IMG/VR virus record: IMGVR_UViG_3300032272_000024
Location: 1 to 47,323 of that record
Strand: one strand, 5' to 3'
DNA from: a virus
Lineage: Duplodnaviria > Caudoviricetes
Length of the DNA: 47,323 nt
Numbering within the stretch: position 1 is the first letter of the stretch; every line of letters starts with the position of its first letter. Below the pieces are notes generated by a model. It worked only from the letters and a program-made list of their open reading frames with translations, made no database searches and was not told where the DNA came from. Shown here piece after piece: positions 36,050 to 45,270 of this stretch. The position numbers and the translations under genes are program-made.

Positions 36050-36146
36050 TTGCGATAAATTGGGATATACGCTATGCTACCTGTAATGCTTTATCTCCCT
36101 GAGCAAAGTTATGACAACGACCCGTTCCCCGACGGGTTTTTGTTTT
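36050..36146 (+). ncRNA. Promoter-to-terminator small RNA cassette (about 55-60 nt transcript)
   Basis: TTGCGA-17-TATGCT (36050-36078); terminator ACCCGT/ACGGGT plus T-tract (36120-36146); CU-rich TCTCCCT. Confidence 0.5.
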
Positions 36147-36190
36147 AAAAACGGTCTATGCTATACTTTCCCTAAAACATGGAGGGCGAT

Positions 36191-36556
36191 ATGGACAACG
36201 ACTACCTTGCATATTTTCGTAAAATCAATGACGATTGCACCCCCGCCAAAGCGATTCCAACGGAATACGGGGCGTACATAGCGACGGGGGAACGACCAGA
36301 CCCTGTATTGACCCCGCGACTTACCAAACATGAGCGCAACATCCAAATGCAAGCTATCGGCACACATTGGTATTGTCAGAAGTGCGACGAACATAAGCCC
36401 GTTAGTCACTTCTACAAAGGCGATAACTTCAAGACGACGGGGAAGTCCAACCCGAATGGCTATTACAACGTATGCAAGCCGTGTTGGTCACAATACGTTA
36501 ACGCTAAGAATAAAGCGCGTCGGCTAGCAAGCCGTTATAAGCGGGCGCGTTTATAG
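36191..36556 (+). CDS. Zinc-finger protein (CxxC...CxxC, HNH-associated type, no nuclease domain)
   Basis: CQKC.EHKPVSHFY...CKPC; GGAGG RBS; upstream TGcTATACT. Confidence 0.6.
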   Translation: MDNDYLAYFRKINDDCTPAKAIPTEYGAYIATGERPDPVLTPRLTKHERNIQMQAIGTHWYCQKCDEHKPVSHFYKGDNFKTTGKSNPNGYYNVCKPCWSQYVNAKNKARRLASRYKRARL

Positions 36557-36560
36557 AAAT

Positions 36561-36656
36561 TTGACGTAATTAATACATGCGTGGTACACTGTGGGCAACA
36601 TCACCATCAACATAAGTTCGTTCCTTTAAGATTGCACCCGCTCTGGTGGGTGTTTT
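36561..36656 (+). ncRNA. Promoter-to-terminator small RNA cassette (about 60 nt transcript)
   Basis: TTGACG-18-TACACT with extended TG; terminator CACCCGC/GTGGGTG-TTTT. Confidence 0.5.
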
Positions 36657-36666
36657 CGATTCGTAG

Positions 36667-36963
36667 TTAACACGCGCCAGTGTTCGCGCACACGTCATTA
36701 ATAACCTGTTGCGATTGTGCCAAGTAGGGCGCGATGATTAGCGCATAGCACAGCACACTTGATATGAATAACAACATAGCAACGTAAAGCCACACATGAT
36801 TGCTCTTGCGTGGTTTTTGTTTTTGCAAAATCGCATCAACTTTGTATAGCCACTTATCGGCAATCGGGTGTTCAGTAATTAACAGCACCTTACGCGCTTG
36901 TGTGTATCGCTTTTTTTCGATTAGCTTACGTGCCCTCATTAACTGTTGGCGAGTGATTGACAT
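36667..36963 (-). CDS. Single-pass membrane protein (moron), Anaerolineae-like N-terminal motif
   Basis: ARKLIEKKRYTQARKVL...HPIADKWL then TM helix; own RBS and TGcTATACT. Confidence 0.65.
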   Translation of the reverse strand: MSITRQQLMRARKLIEKKRYTQARKVLLITEHPIADKWLYKVDAILQKQKPRKSNHVWLYVAMLLFISSVLCYALIIAPYLAQSQQVINDVCANTGAC

Positions 36964-37014
36964 ACTTAGACCACCTTTATTTTTAACCTTTACTTTAGTA
37001 TAGCATGGGATTTT

Positions 37015-37578
37015 ATGGCGTTAGCTGACACTGCGGTTGCGACGTGGGTAAACATCGACACCCTTAAATATTGGGATGGTAATTATAATCACGGCAATAT
37101 CGGTGCGGTTATGTCTAGTATTGAGGCTTTTGGTTTCCTCAATGCACCACGATTATGGCAAGACAACATAGTCATGGCTGGCAATCACGCTTTAAATAGC
37201 GTTCGCCAATTGGTCAAGGGCGGGTGGGAGCCATACGGCGGTGCGATACGTGTTAACGGTGATGCCATCGAGTTACTTACAGTTGATATGTCCTATTTAA
37301 CGTATGAGCAAGCTAAAGCGTTTGCCGTCGCAGACAATCGCACCGCTAGCCTAGCAGAGCCTGACGAATACGCGCTAGTCGAGTTATTGCAGGAGTTTGC
37401 CAATAGTGAAGACGATAGCCTGTTAAATGCAAGCGGGTACGATGGTGATGATCTTGACGCGATGTTGAGTGATTTAGGGTTCTCACCCGTTAGTATAAGT
37501 GAACAGCCATCATTAGACTTGTTAACACCGCTTATATGCCCACATTGTGGTAAGGACACACGAATTGACAACAGTTAA
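37015..37578 (+). CDS. ParB/Srx-like N-terminal domain protein with C-terminal CPHC
   Basis: SIEAFGF, IVMAGNH, AFAVADNRTA, GYDGDDLD motifs. Confidence 0.8.
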   Translation: MALADTAVATWVNIDTLKYWDGNYNHGNIGAVMSSIEAFGFLNAPRLWQDNIVMAGNHALNSVRQLVKGGWEPYGGAIRVNGDAIELLTVDMSYLTYEQAKAFAVADNRTASLAEPDEYALVELLQEFANSEDDSLLNASGYDGDDLDAMLSDLGFSPVSISEQPSLDLLTPLICPHCGKDTRIDNS

Positions 37579-38197
37579 ACTAGTGGTTGATTATTGTTCA
37601 TATCAAGCAAGCAAGTATGCTGTAACGCATTGGCATTATAGTAAATCAATGCCAGCAGGTAAGGTTGTGAAGTGCGGAGTGTGGGAATGTGGGTTATTTG
37701 TTGGTGTGGTTCTATTTTCTAGGGGCGCAAATCAAAATATTGGTAAGGCATATGGGTTAAGTCAGACGGGTGTCTGTGAGCTGTCACGAGTCGCTTTGTC
37801 GAAACATATTGCACCCGTAAGTCAAATCATCAAGCATTCAATAAAGTTATTGAAGAAAAAATCACCTGCAATGAGACTTATTGTAAGTTATGCAGACTTA
37901 GATCAATCACATACTGGGCTTGTGTATCAGGCAGGTAATTGGGCTTATGTAGGGAAAGTGCAACAAAACGGAGGCACACCTCGATACAAAGTGAACGGAA
38001 AAGTATTGCATGGCAGACAAGTACATTCACTCTGGGGCAAGGGCACACAAAATATTGATTGGTTGCGGAAGCACAAAGACCCTAAAGCAGAACTTGTTCT
38101 TACAAAAGGTAAATACAAGTATTTGTATCCATTAGATCGTGCTATGAGAAAACAAATAATGCCATTAGAACAGCAGTACCCGAGGCAAGAGATATAA
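37565..38197 (+). CDS. mom: Mom-family adenine-modifying GNAT-fold acyltransferase
   Basis: HWHYS, GVWE..FVGVVLF, ELSRVAL, IVSYAD...HTG.VYQAGNW.Y.G, KYKYLYPL; TTG 37565 with AAGGA RBS. Confidence 0.85.
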   Translation: MTTVKLVVDYCSYQASKYAVTHWHYSKSMPAGKVVKCGVWECGLFVGVVLFSRGANQNIGKAYGLSQTGVCELSRVALSKHIAPVSQIIKHSIKLLKKKSPAMRLIVSYADLDQSHTGLVYQAGNWAYVGKVQQNGGTPRYKVNGKVLHGRQVHSLWGKGTQNIDWLRKHKDPKAELVLTKGKYKYLYPLDRAMRKQIMPLEQQYPRQEI

Positions 38198-38202
38198 CAC
38201 AT

Positions 38203-38271
38203 GCGAGTACCTAGAGGTAGTATCTGCATAACCATATGCAGGGGTGGCGGTTCAATCCCGACCTACTCGCT
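38203..38271 (+). tRNA. Non-canonical tRNA-like RNA with tRNA-Gly identity elements
   Basis: Perfect 7-bp acceptor GCGAGTA/TACTCGC plus T discriminator; T-loop TTCAATC on a 5-bp stem with bulged A; CTGCATA-ACCA-TATGCAG arm; reduced D arm; no encoded CCA. Confidence 0.7.
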
Positions 38272-38290
38272 TAAGCAATAAAGGTAATCA

Positions 38291-38932
38291 ATGACTAAAA
38301 AAGCGCACCTATGGGAACGTCAGAAAACGGATACAGACAAATCGTATTCGGCTTTTTGCGTGTACCGTGATATGGGGCGTGATAGGTCAATTAGGGGTGT
38401 CGGACGAGAGTTAGGTAAAAGTAAGGCGTTAATTGATAGGTGGTCGTCTAAACATGATTGGGTGAACCGTGTAAACGCCTACGATGATTACTTAGAGGCA
38501 CAACAGCGCAACGCCTATGAAACCAGCGTAACCGATGCGAAGGCTAAACACGTCGCGGGGATGGTTAAGCGTGTATCGAAATTATATGAACAGTGGGACA
38601 CCGCCTATGAGCATTCTAAATTGCTGGCAGTTAAGCGCACGATAGAACGCGATGGTAAGACAATCGAAATCACCGCGCTAGACACTGACGACCAGCACCG
38701 CTTCGCAAAGTGGCTAGCGGACATTGACAGCCTAGCGCGTCGCCAGTATGAGATGCCTGATAGGTATACGCACCAAAAGCAGGATGTTGAAATTAAAGAC
38801 TGGCGTTCGGAAGCTGTCCAAGATATACGCGCTGGCACAATAAGTTACAGCGATTTAGCGACAGCCTTTGATGTTGATTTAGCGCAAGAATTATTTAAAC
38901 AAGCGGGCGTACCGATTGAACAATCTACCTGA
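38291..38932 (+). CDS. terS: Terminase small subunit
   Basis: WERQ..T.KSY.AF..YRDMG..RSI HTH, RWSSKHDWVNRV.AYD; directly upstream of terL. Confidence 0.8.
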   Translation: MTKKAHLWERQKTDTDKSYSAFCVYRDMGRDRSIRGVGRELGKSKALIDRWSSKHDWVNRVNAYDDYLEAQQRNAYETSVTDAKAKHVAGMVKRVSKLYEQWDTAYEHSKLLAVKRTIERDGKTIEITALDTDDQHRFAKWLADIDSLARRQYEMPDRYTHQKQDVEIKDWRSEAVQDIRAGTISYSDLATAFDVDLAQELFKQAGVPIEQST

Positions 38933-40394
38933 TTACTTGATACCACATGCTAATGAGTACCGCTATAACACGCGGGTCAAGAATAAACCACATACCCGCG
39001 CTGACTATGCACAGCACATGCAGATCATTAATAAGCGGGGGGAGTTGGTTCACTTCGAGCCGAACCGCGTCCAATCTACGTATATGGCTAATCGCGGACA
39101 AAAGAATTTAGCACTCAAGGCTAGACAGCAGGGTCTATCATCGGTAGTGGTGTGGGACGGCACACTTGAGGCAATGACACAAACGAGTTTCCAAGCGGTA
39201 TTGGCGCACGATAGTGTGACGACTGAAAAGATGAGGTCACTATCGCGTTTTTATTACGATTCGTTGCCAGCGCATATGAAGCCAAAGCGAACACGCGATA
39301 ACGCGACCAAAACCACGTATGCACATACTAGCAGTGAAGTAACGATAGTCACGGCAGGGAGTGCCAATACGGGGCGTGGTGGTACATATCATCGTATACA
39401 TGGTAGTGAGGTAGCCTACTGGAAAGATGCACCCGCAATCATCGCGGGGCTAATGCAGGGGTTAACGCCTGATGGGAGTGTCGATTTTGAAGGCACTGCA
39501 AACGGGGCGCAGGGCTGGTTTTACGATCAATGTATGCGGGCTATGGACGGTGACACAGAATGGACATTCCATTTTTTCCCGTGGTACTGGATGCAAGAGT
39601 ATGCCACGCCACTGACCGACGATGAGAAAGCAACATTCACCTTAAGCACATCCGGCAGTAGTGTAACGCTATCGGAACATGAGTTAGTTCACGAAAAAGG
39701 GTTAAGCCTAGAGCAAATTAAATGGCGACGTGCCAAAAAGCGCGAACTCCCATTCACATTTGAGCAAGAGTACCCAGAGACAGCAATGCAAGCGTTTATA
39801 TCTGGCGGGCAATCCGTATTCGGGGATATACGCCACGCGGTTAAGTGGATAGGTGCTAGGCAAGGTGTACCAACTGCAAAGCACCGTTATGTAGCTGGTA
39901 TTGATTGGGGTCAAGATAATGATTACACCGCAATATCTGTTATGGACGCAACCACAAATGAAGAGGTACACATTAGCCACTTCAACAAAATGCCGTGGGG
40001 CGAGATGAGATCAATCATCGCAGACATCTGTATCCATTGGGGCGTTGAAACAGTTCAACCCGAACGAAACAATATGAGCGCAAATATTGAAGAACTTAAA
40101 AAATTATTTAATAACAAGGGATTTAGAACTAATACCAGAAGTGTGGACACCAACAACTCCAAAAAAAGTAAGTGGGTTCATAACTTGTATAAGGCGTTGC
40201 ATGATGAAGGGTTGCGCTTGTTAGACCCCGAAGATAACACGGGTGTGAGATACGCCACACATGAATTAAACGCATTCATTCAGACACAGTTGCCGTCCGG
40301 TGTTTACAAGTACGGCGCGATGAATGGGAAGCATGACGATACGGTAATGGCGCGTATGTTGGCATTAGACGCGGTTAATAGGATGGTTTGGTAA
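38916..40394 (+). CDS. terL: Terminase large subunit
   Basis: LKARQQGLS Walker A, GRGGT...HGSEVAYW, EGTANG, GIDWG, HDDTVMA. Confidence 0.92.
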   Translation: MNNLPDYLIPHANEYRYNTRVKNKPHTRADYAQHMQIINKRGELVHFEPNRVQSTYMANRGQKNLALKARQQGLSSVVVWDGTLEAMTQTSFQAVLAHDSVTTEKMRSLSRFYYDSLPAHMKPKRTRDNATKTTYAHTSSEVTIVTAGSANTGRGGTYHRIHGSEVAYWKDAPAIIAGLMQGLTPDGSVDFEGTANGAQGWFYDQCMRAMDGDTEWTFHFFPWYWMQEYATPLTDDEKATFTLSTSGSSVTLSEHELVHEKGLSLEQIKWRRAKKRELPFTFEQEYPETAMQAFISGGQSVFGDIRHAVKWIGARQGVPTAKHRYVAGIDWGQDNDYTAISVMDATTNEEVHISHFNKMPWGEMRSIIADICIHWGVETVQPERNNMSANIEELKKLFNNKGFRTNTRSVDTNNSKKSKWVHNLYKALHDEGLRLLDPEDNTGVRYATHELNAFIQTQLPSGVYKYGAMNGKHDDTVMARMLALDAVNRMVW

Positions 40395-40397
40395 TAG

Positions 40398-42701
40398 ATG
40401 CTTAATGCAATCCAAAAAATATTTAAGCGCGGGAAACAGTCGCAACCTCAAAAGAACTGGGGTACATCGACACATCTATATCCGCTTGGGTTTAGCACCA
40501 ACGATTCGGATATACAATACAGTAAACAGGGCGCGGCGGCTTCTTTCGCATTCGTGCCAGAAGTCAATAATAGTATATCGTCAATTGTCAGTGCAGTTAG
40601 TTTACTGGAGTGGAATATTGTCAAGTATCCGTTGGGTTTGCGCCGTGAGAATGGGCGGGTAGTTGATGGCGAGGTACTAGCATCCAGTTCTGATTTACAA
40701 AAACGCCACCCCTTCCAACGTGCATTGACTAAGTTTCAAACTGATAACGGGTTTTCGTTATTGTCTACAATCGCGTTGGATTACACATTGTATGGCGAGA
40801 TTGTTCTGGAGGTTGCGACTAACCAATTTGATTCTAACCCTGTTATTGAGTGGCTAAACCCCCTAGGCGTATCTGTGTTTGCAACGAATGAAATAGAGTG
40901 GTTTCAGTACGGCTGGAATCAATCGTTCGTGCGGATATTACCTAGCGACGTGGCATATATCCACAACCGGAATACATTCAATGACTTTGTAGGCTACCCG
41001 CAAGTATTGGCGGTTTTAGATGAGGTCAATATTAAGCGCAACCTTAATCGGTTCTTGCGCGATTACTTCTTAAATAATGCCCGCCCCGGCATGGTGTTGT
41101 CACCATCAACACCCGAAGGCGATTTATCCGATCCTGATTATGCCAATTTAAAAAAGGCGATACGGGACAGCTTGCAGGGCGTGGGCAATCAATATAACAC
41201 ACTGATTGCACAGAAATCATTGAATGTACAGGCGTTTGAGCAACCGGATATAAGTCGCAACGTGTCGCTATCCGAAGAGCAAGCCAACGCGATATATGAG
41301 CTATTTGGTGTGCCCCGCGCAATGCGTGGCAATACGAATATCACGCCTTACAAAGACGGTGACGAAACAACGCAACGCTTTTATTTGAACACCGTTCTAC
41401 CTTTCGCAACAAAGGTGCTACAGTCGTTCATCAACGCTGAGTTGATGCCCTACTTTGATGACACCAATGGTCAAGTGGTATTCGAGTTTGATACAAGCGC
41501 ATTTGACCGCGTAACCCAAGCGGATTTACTAGAGGCGCAAGTCGTTGATGTAAACCTGAACAACGGGATTATTACCATGTGGGACGCGGCCCGGATACAA
41601 GAGCAGACCCTGCATGACGAGATGAAAGATTTAGTTTTAATACAAGGTGTGCCTGTTCCCCTGTCAGAGTTAAGGACATATTGGGAAAAGCAATTATTGG
41701 TTTCACCCTCGCCTTACAACGCGCAAGAAGTTACGGGCGAGCCATTGCCTGAGCCTGCACAGCCCGAAGATGTTATTCCAACTATTGAGGGTGGTGAGCC
41801 TGTAAGTGATGAGTTTATTGAGGAAGCGATTGATAACGGCGTAACCCGAAGCCATAAGCATCACGACCATACGCACCTGAGTGCGTTATTCAACGGTGAC
41901 CCTAGTGAAGGCGAAATAGAGGCGCGGGTAAGTGATAGCCTCAAGTCATACCAGAAGTATGCGCTACGGCGTTGGGGCAAAAAGTCTATTGATGGATTTA
42001 AGTCCGACATCCTTCCGGCGTATATCCATTACGCAATCATTGATGCGCTTGACGAAAGCACCACACATGACGATGTCATTGATGTATTCAAGACTATCTT
42101 TGATAACCCTAGGGTGAAATCTATTACTACCTACCAACGCGCTATACGTGAATTTGCGCGCGGGTTATGGAGTGGTGATATTGACCGTAGGCAATTTGAA
42201 AGTGACCTTGACCGTCGGATAGACAACTCGTTTAATGAGGCGTTTGCAAGGGGGTTGGATCGGGGGGGGTTGGCATTAGCAGATTTAACTGCGAGTGAAG
42301 CCAACGAACTGGCTACACTCATTAGCAATGAGCAGGGGTTTATACCCGCACTCGCGGATTACATTGAAGCGAATAGTCGTAGCGAAGGTGGTTCACTAAG
42401 CAAGATTATTGGGCGCGTGAACGGGTGGGTGCCACGATACAACCAAGTCGAGAACTTAGGCTTTATTGTAGCAAGCCGTAACAAGAAAATATTGTGGAAA
42501 TACGACCCAAGAAAAGAGCATTGCCTAAGCTGTAAGAAATTGAACGGTCAGGTTAGACGCGCCTCATTTTGGAAGCGCATTAATTTACAGCCACAATCAC
42601 CGAGGCTGGAGTGCTTTGGTACTTATTGCGGTTGTGAATTTATTGAAACCGACAAACCGGTAACGAAGGGGCGTATGCCCAACTTAAGGTTAAGAGGGTA
42701 A
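40398..42701 (+). CDS. Portal protein fused to C-terminal head-morphogenesis (MuF/gp7-like) domain
   Basis: HK97-type portal motifs (LYGE, WLNP, FLNNARPG, IYELFGVP) then linker and HCLSC..LNGQ...C...CGC. Confidence 0.85.
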   Translation: MLNAIQKIFKRGKQSQPQKNWGTSTHLYPLGFSTNDSDIQYSKQGAAASFAFVPEVNNSISSIVSAVSLLEWNIVKYPLGLRRENGRVVDGEVLASSSDLQKRHPFQRALTKFQTDNGFSLLSTIALDYTLYGEIVLEVATNQFDSNPVIEWLNPLGVSVFATNEIEWFQYGWNQSFVRILPSDVAYIHNRNTFNDFVGYPQVLAVLDEVNIKRNLNRFLRDYFLNNARPGMVLSPSTPEGDLSDPDYANLKKAIRDSLQGVGNQYNTLIAQKSLNVQAFEQPDISRNVSLSEEQANAIYELFGVPRAMRGNTNITPYKDGDETTQRFYLNTVLPFATKVLQSFINAELMPYFDDTNGQVVFEFDTSAFDRVTQADLLEAQVVDVNLNNGIITMWDAARIQEQTLHDEMKDLVLIQGVPVPLSELRTYWEKQLLVSPSPYNAQEVTGEPLPEPAQPEDVIPTIEGGEPVSDEFIEEAIDNGVTRSHKHHDHTHLSALFNGDPSEGEIEARVSDSLKSYQKYALRRWGKKSIDGFKSDILPAYIHYAIIDALDESTTHDDVIDVFKTIFDNPRVKSITTYQRAIREFARGLWSGDIDRRQFESDLDRRIDNSFNEAFARGLDRGGLALADLTASEANELATLISNEQGFIPALADYIEANSRSEGGSLSKIIGRVNGWVPRYNQVENLGFIVASRNKKILWKYDPRKEHCLSCKKLNGQVRRASFWKRINLQPQSPRLECFGTYCGCEFIETDKPVTKGRMPNLRLRG

Positions 42702-42704
42702 TTT

Positions 42705-45260
42705 ATGCCAGTGAATAAACAGCGCATTAAGAATTTTACAAACAGACATCCTGACGATCTCATTAAGCGAGCTGATAAGAACCCATTAGAATTTGAGGGG
42801 TATTTGGTACGCTTTAGTGATGATCGTGATCGTGATTTAACCCAAGAGTGGTTTAGCAAAAACACATGGTTCATGCGTAGCGTGGCGGGGTATGGGATTA
42901 AAGGCAAGCCTGTCAATTACCAGCATGGCATGGATGAAACCTTCGGGGCGTTTCCTATAGGTGTATTCAGTTTTGATGATGAGGACGATATTGGGTTGTT
43001 CGTTCGTGGGCAATTAAACACACGTAGAGAATATATCGAAATGCTTAGAGAGTTAGGTCGCGTTAAGGGTTACACGTTAAGCGATAGCCAGTTAAGGAAA
43101 CGTGCCGACGTGGCATTCAAGGCGGTTGAAAGATTAATAACAGAAGTCCCACAACAGCAAAGCATGGGCGCAGATTTAGCCGCCTTCAAAGTAGATGAGA
43201 AAACAGGGCATATTGAGCAATGCGGGATTGTACACGGCGCATTGACACCAACCCCTGCCGATAATAAAAATCCGATAGTGCAGTTTAAGTCTGCACTCAA
43301 TTATGTAATGGCTATCGAAAACGATAGCCAAACATTCTTATTCAATGATGGTAATTCACGGCAACGCGCAAGTGATAACGGAACTGCCAAAATGGTAAAC
43401 CCTCTTAAGGTAAATCCAGATATGGCATATGTGAACGCTAGCGACAGCCGTTTTGCAACACACGGTAACGATAATAATTCAAAGGAAAATCCAGTGGCTA
43501 AAAAGTCATTAAAAGAGATGTCACCCGAAGAGAGAGAATTGCTTCGGAGCATCGTTAAAGAGATCGTCTTAGAGCTATCCGAAGAATCGGATATGGAAGC
43601 AGACGATGCAGACGTAATTGCAATGGTTGATGAAGTCGAAGAAGAAATCAAGATGTCTGATGAAGAAGAAATCAAGATGTCCGACGAAGAAGACGACGAC
43701 ACAACCAAAGCAGAAGAGTTGGACGAAGACGAAATCGTGAAGCGCGTGAAAGCATATTTCGCATTGCCCACGATGATTAAGCAACATTTAGACGCACGGG
43801 CGAAGGCAACAAAAGCGCGTAAGTCGATTGCCAAGGGTGCGTTAGCAGACCATATGAACAACGCGCCAACCAAATCCAAAAAGTCTCAGGTAGGCGGTAT
43901 GCAGGTAGCAAACAACGGGGGATACTCCCCAACGACACCACAAAGCAACAGCCGGATTAGCGTATGGAATGAGCGCAAGTATGCAGGTTTAACTGCTGAG
44001 TCAATGGCGTTAGGGCTTAAGATTGCGTCCCAAGCGTTATACCCCTATGGTGCGCCAGAAGGGACTACATTAGGCGATTTCGTAAAGTCTGGTATTGTCT
44101 CCGAAAGCTACATCAAAACTATGGCACACAAAGCAATGCCAATTATTGAACGCGCTGACGGGTTTAAGTCAAGCGGTGTTTTTGATAACATGATGGAACA
44201 TGATCGCATTGCCATGAAGTCGGCGATGCCGTTTAAAGCTAATGAGCTAGATGCCGTGTCCATCGCAAATCAAGGCGCCGAGTGGGCGTTTATCTTCTAC
44301 GATACGCGCTTATGGGAACGCGCTCGCCACGAAACAGAACTGTTTAACATAATGACAAGCCGTGGTATGCGTACTGCCGATGTAACAGGTAAGACCATGA
44401 ACGTGAAATTGAATACGGGCTCGCCAACCGTTTACACCGCGCCGGAGGGCATGAGCGTGGGTGCTGACGGCAGACCCGAAGTCGTTGTCCAAACAACCCC
44501 ATTCACAACCAACGAAGTCCAAAAAGACGTTAAGAAACACATGCTTGCAACAGGGTTTACGGATGAATTAAACGAGGATAGCATTATCGCTATTCAGCAA
44601 TTCTTGGATCAAGATGTTGTGACCACGTTGTCCGAAGCACTCGAAGACGCTATGAATAACGGTGATACCACAGCCGACGCAACCAACATTAATACCGACT
44701 CTATTCCGGCTACTGGCATCCAAACGCCTTTGTATATCGCGTTTGATGGATTACGTCACAATTGGTTAGTGGACAACACAGGGCAAGGTAACGCTACAGG
44801 GGTTGCGCTTGCATTAACTGATTATGAAGACACGATCATGCTGTTAGACCCAACGATTGTGAATCGCCGACAGAATATGTTGTTCGTGATTGATTACAAA
44901 ACCGAAAGTGCAACGCGCAAGTTACCAGAGCTTTTGACTGATGATGTTAAACGATCCGGTGGTACAGCCTTTGCAGGTCAAATCGGTGACTTATTCAGCG
45001 TTCCTGTGTATATGAGCGGGTTTGCACGACTAAGTGAAGCCGACGGCAAAATTAGCACCGTAACCCCCGCCAACAACACAAAGGGGACAATCCAAGTGAT
45101 TTATGCTCCATATTGGCAATACGGGCGTAGTCGTGATGTGACAATCGAATTAGAGCGTTATGCACAATCAAGTGCAACCGTAGTAGTTGCCAGCGTTCGC
45201 CACACATTAGCGGCGCGTGGTGCTTATGCTTCTGCTGGTACGTACAACATAACCGTGTAG
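42705..45260 (+). CDS. Prohead protease - scaffold - major capsid polyprotein
   Basis: FEGYLVRF..DRD...E.F, VNYQHG, DDIGLFVRG, ALTPTPA protease motifs; acidic scaffold; HK97-fold capsid (LEDAMNNGD, AFDGLR). Confidence 0.85.
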   Translation: MPVNKQRIKNFTNRHPDDLIKRADKNPLEFEGYLVRFSDDRDRDLTQEWFSKNTWFMRSVAGYGIKGKPVNYQHGMDETFGAFPIGVFSFDDEDDIGLFVRGQLNTRREYIEMLRELGRVKGYTLSDSQLRKRADVAFKAVERLITEVPQQQSMGADLAAFKVDEKTGHIEQCGIVHGALTPTPADNKNPIVQFKSALNYVMAIENDSQTFLFNDGNSRQRASDNGTAKMVNPLKVNPDMAYVNASDSRFATHGNDNNSKENPVAKKSLKEMSPEERELLRSIVKEIVLELSEESDMEADDADVIAMVDEVEEEIKMSDEEEIKMSDEEDDDTTKAEELDEDEIVKRVKAYFALPTMIKQHLDARAKATKARKSIAKGALADHMNNAPTKSKKSQVGGMQVANNGGYSPTTPQSNSRISVWNERKYAGLTAESMALGLKIASQALYPYGAPEGTTLGDFVKSGIVSESYIKTMAHKAMPIIERADGFKSSGVFDNMMEHDRIAMKSAMPFKANELDAVSIANQGAEWAFIFYDTRLWERARHETELFNIMTSRGMRTADVTGKTMNVKLNTGSPTVYTAPEGMSVGADGRPEVVVQTTPFTTNEVQKDVKKHMLATGFTDELNEDSIIAIQQFLDQDVVTTLSEALEDAMNNGDTTADATNINTDSIPATGIQTPLYIAFDGLRHNWLVDNTGQGNATGVALALTDYEDTIMLLDPTIVNRRQNMLFVIDYKTESATRKLPELLTDDVKRSGGTAFAGQIGDLFSVPVYMSGFARLSEADGKISTVTPANNTKGTIQVIYAPYWQYGRSRDVTIELERYAQSSATVVVASVRHTLAARGAYASAGTYNITV
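43638..43685 (+). repeat. 24-bp tandem duplication (EEEIKMSD x2) in scaffold region
   Basis: GAAGAAGAAATCAAGATGTCYGAY twice. Confidence 0.85.
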
Positions 45261-45270
45261 GAGCTAACCA

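Noticed and set aside
36191-36556. HNH homing endonuclease
   Set aside because: Only the zinc-finger part is present; no HNH catalytic motif
37015-37578. ParB partner of a ParABS system
   Set aside because: No ParA and no HTH region; this ParB/Srx type typically accompanies modification and terminase genes
43638-43685. Functional DNA repeat in the capsid gene
   Set aside because: In-frame 24-bp duplication in a low-complexity acidic scaffold; ordinary slippage
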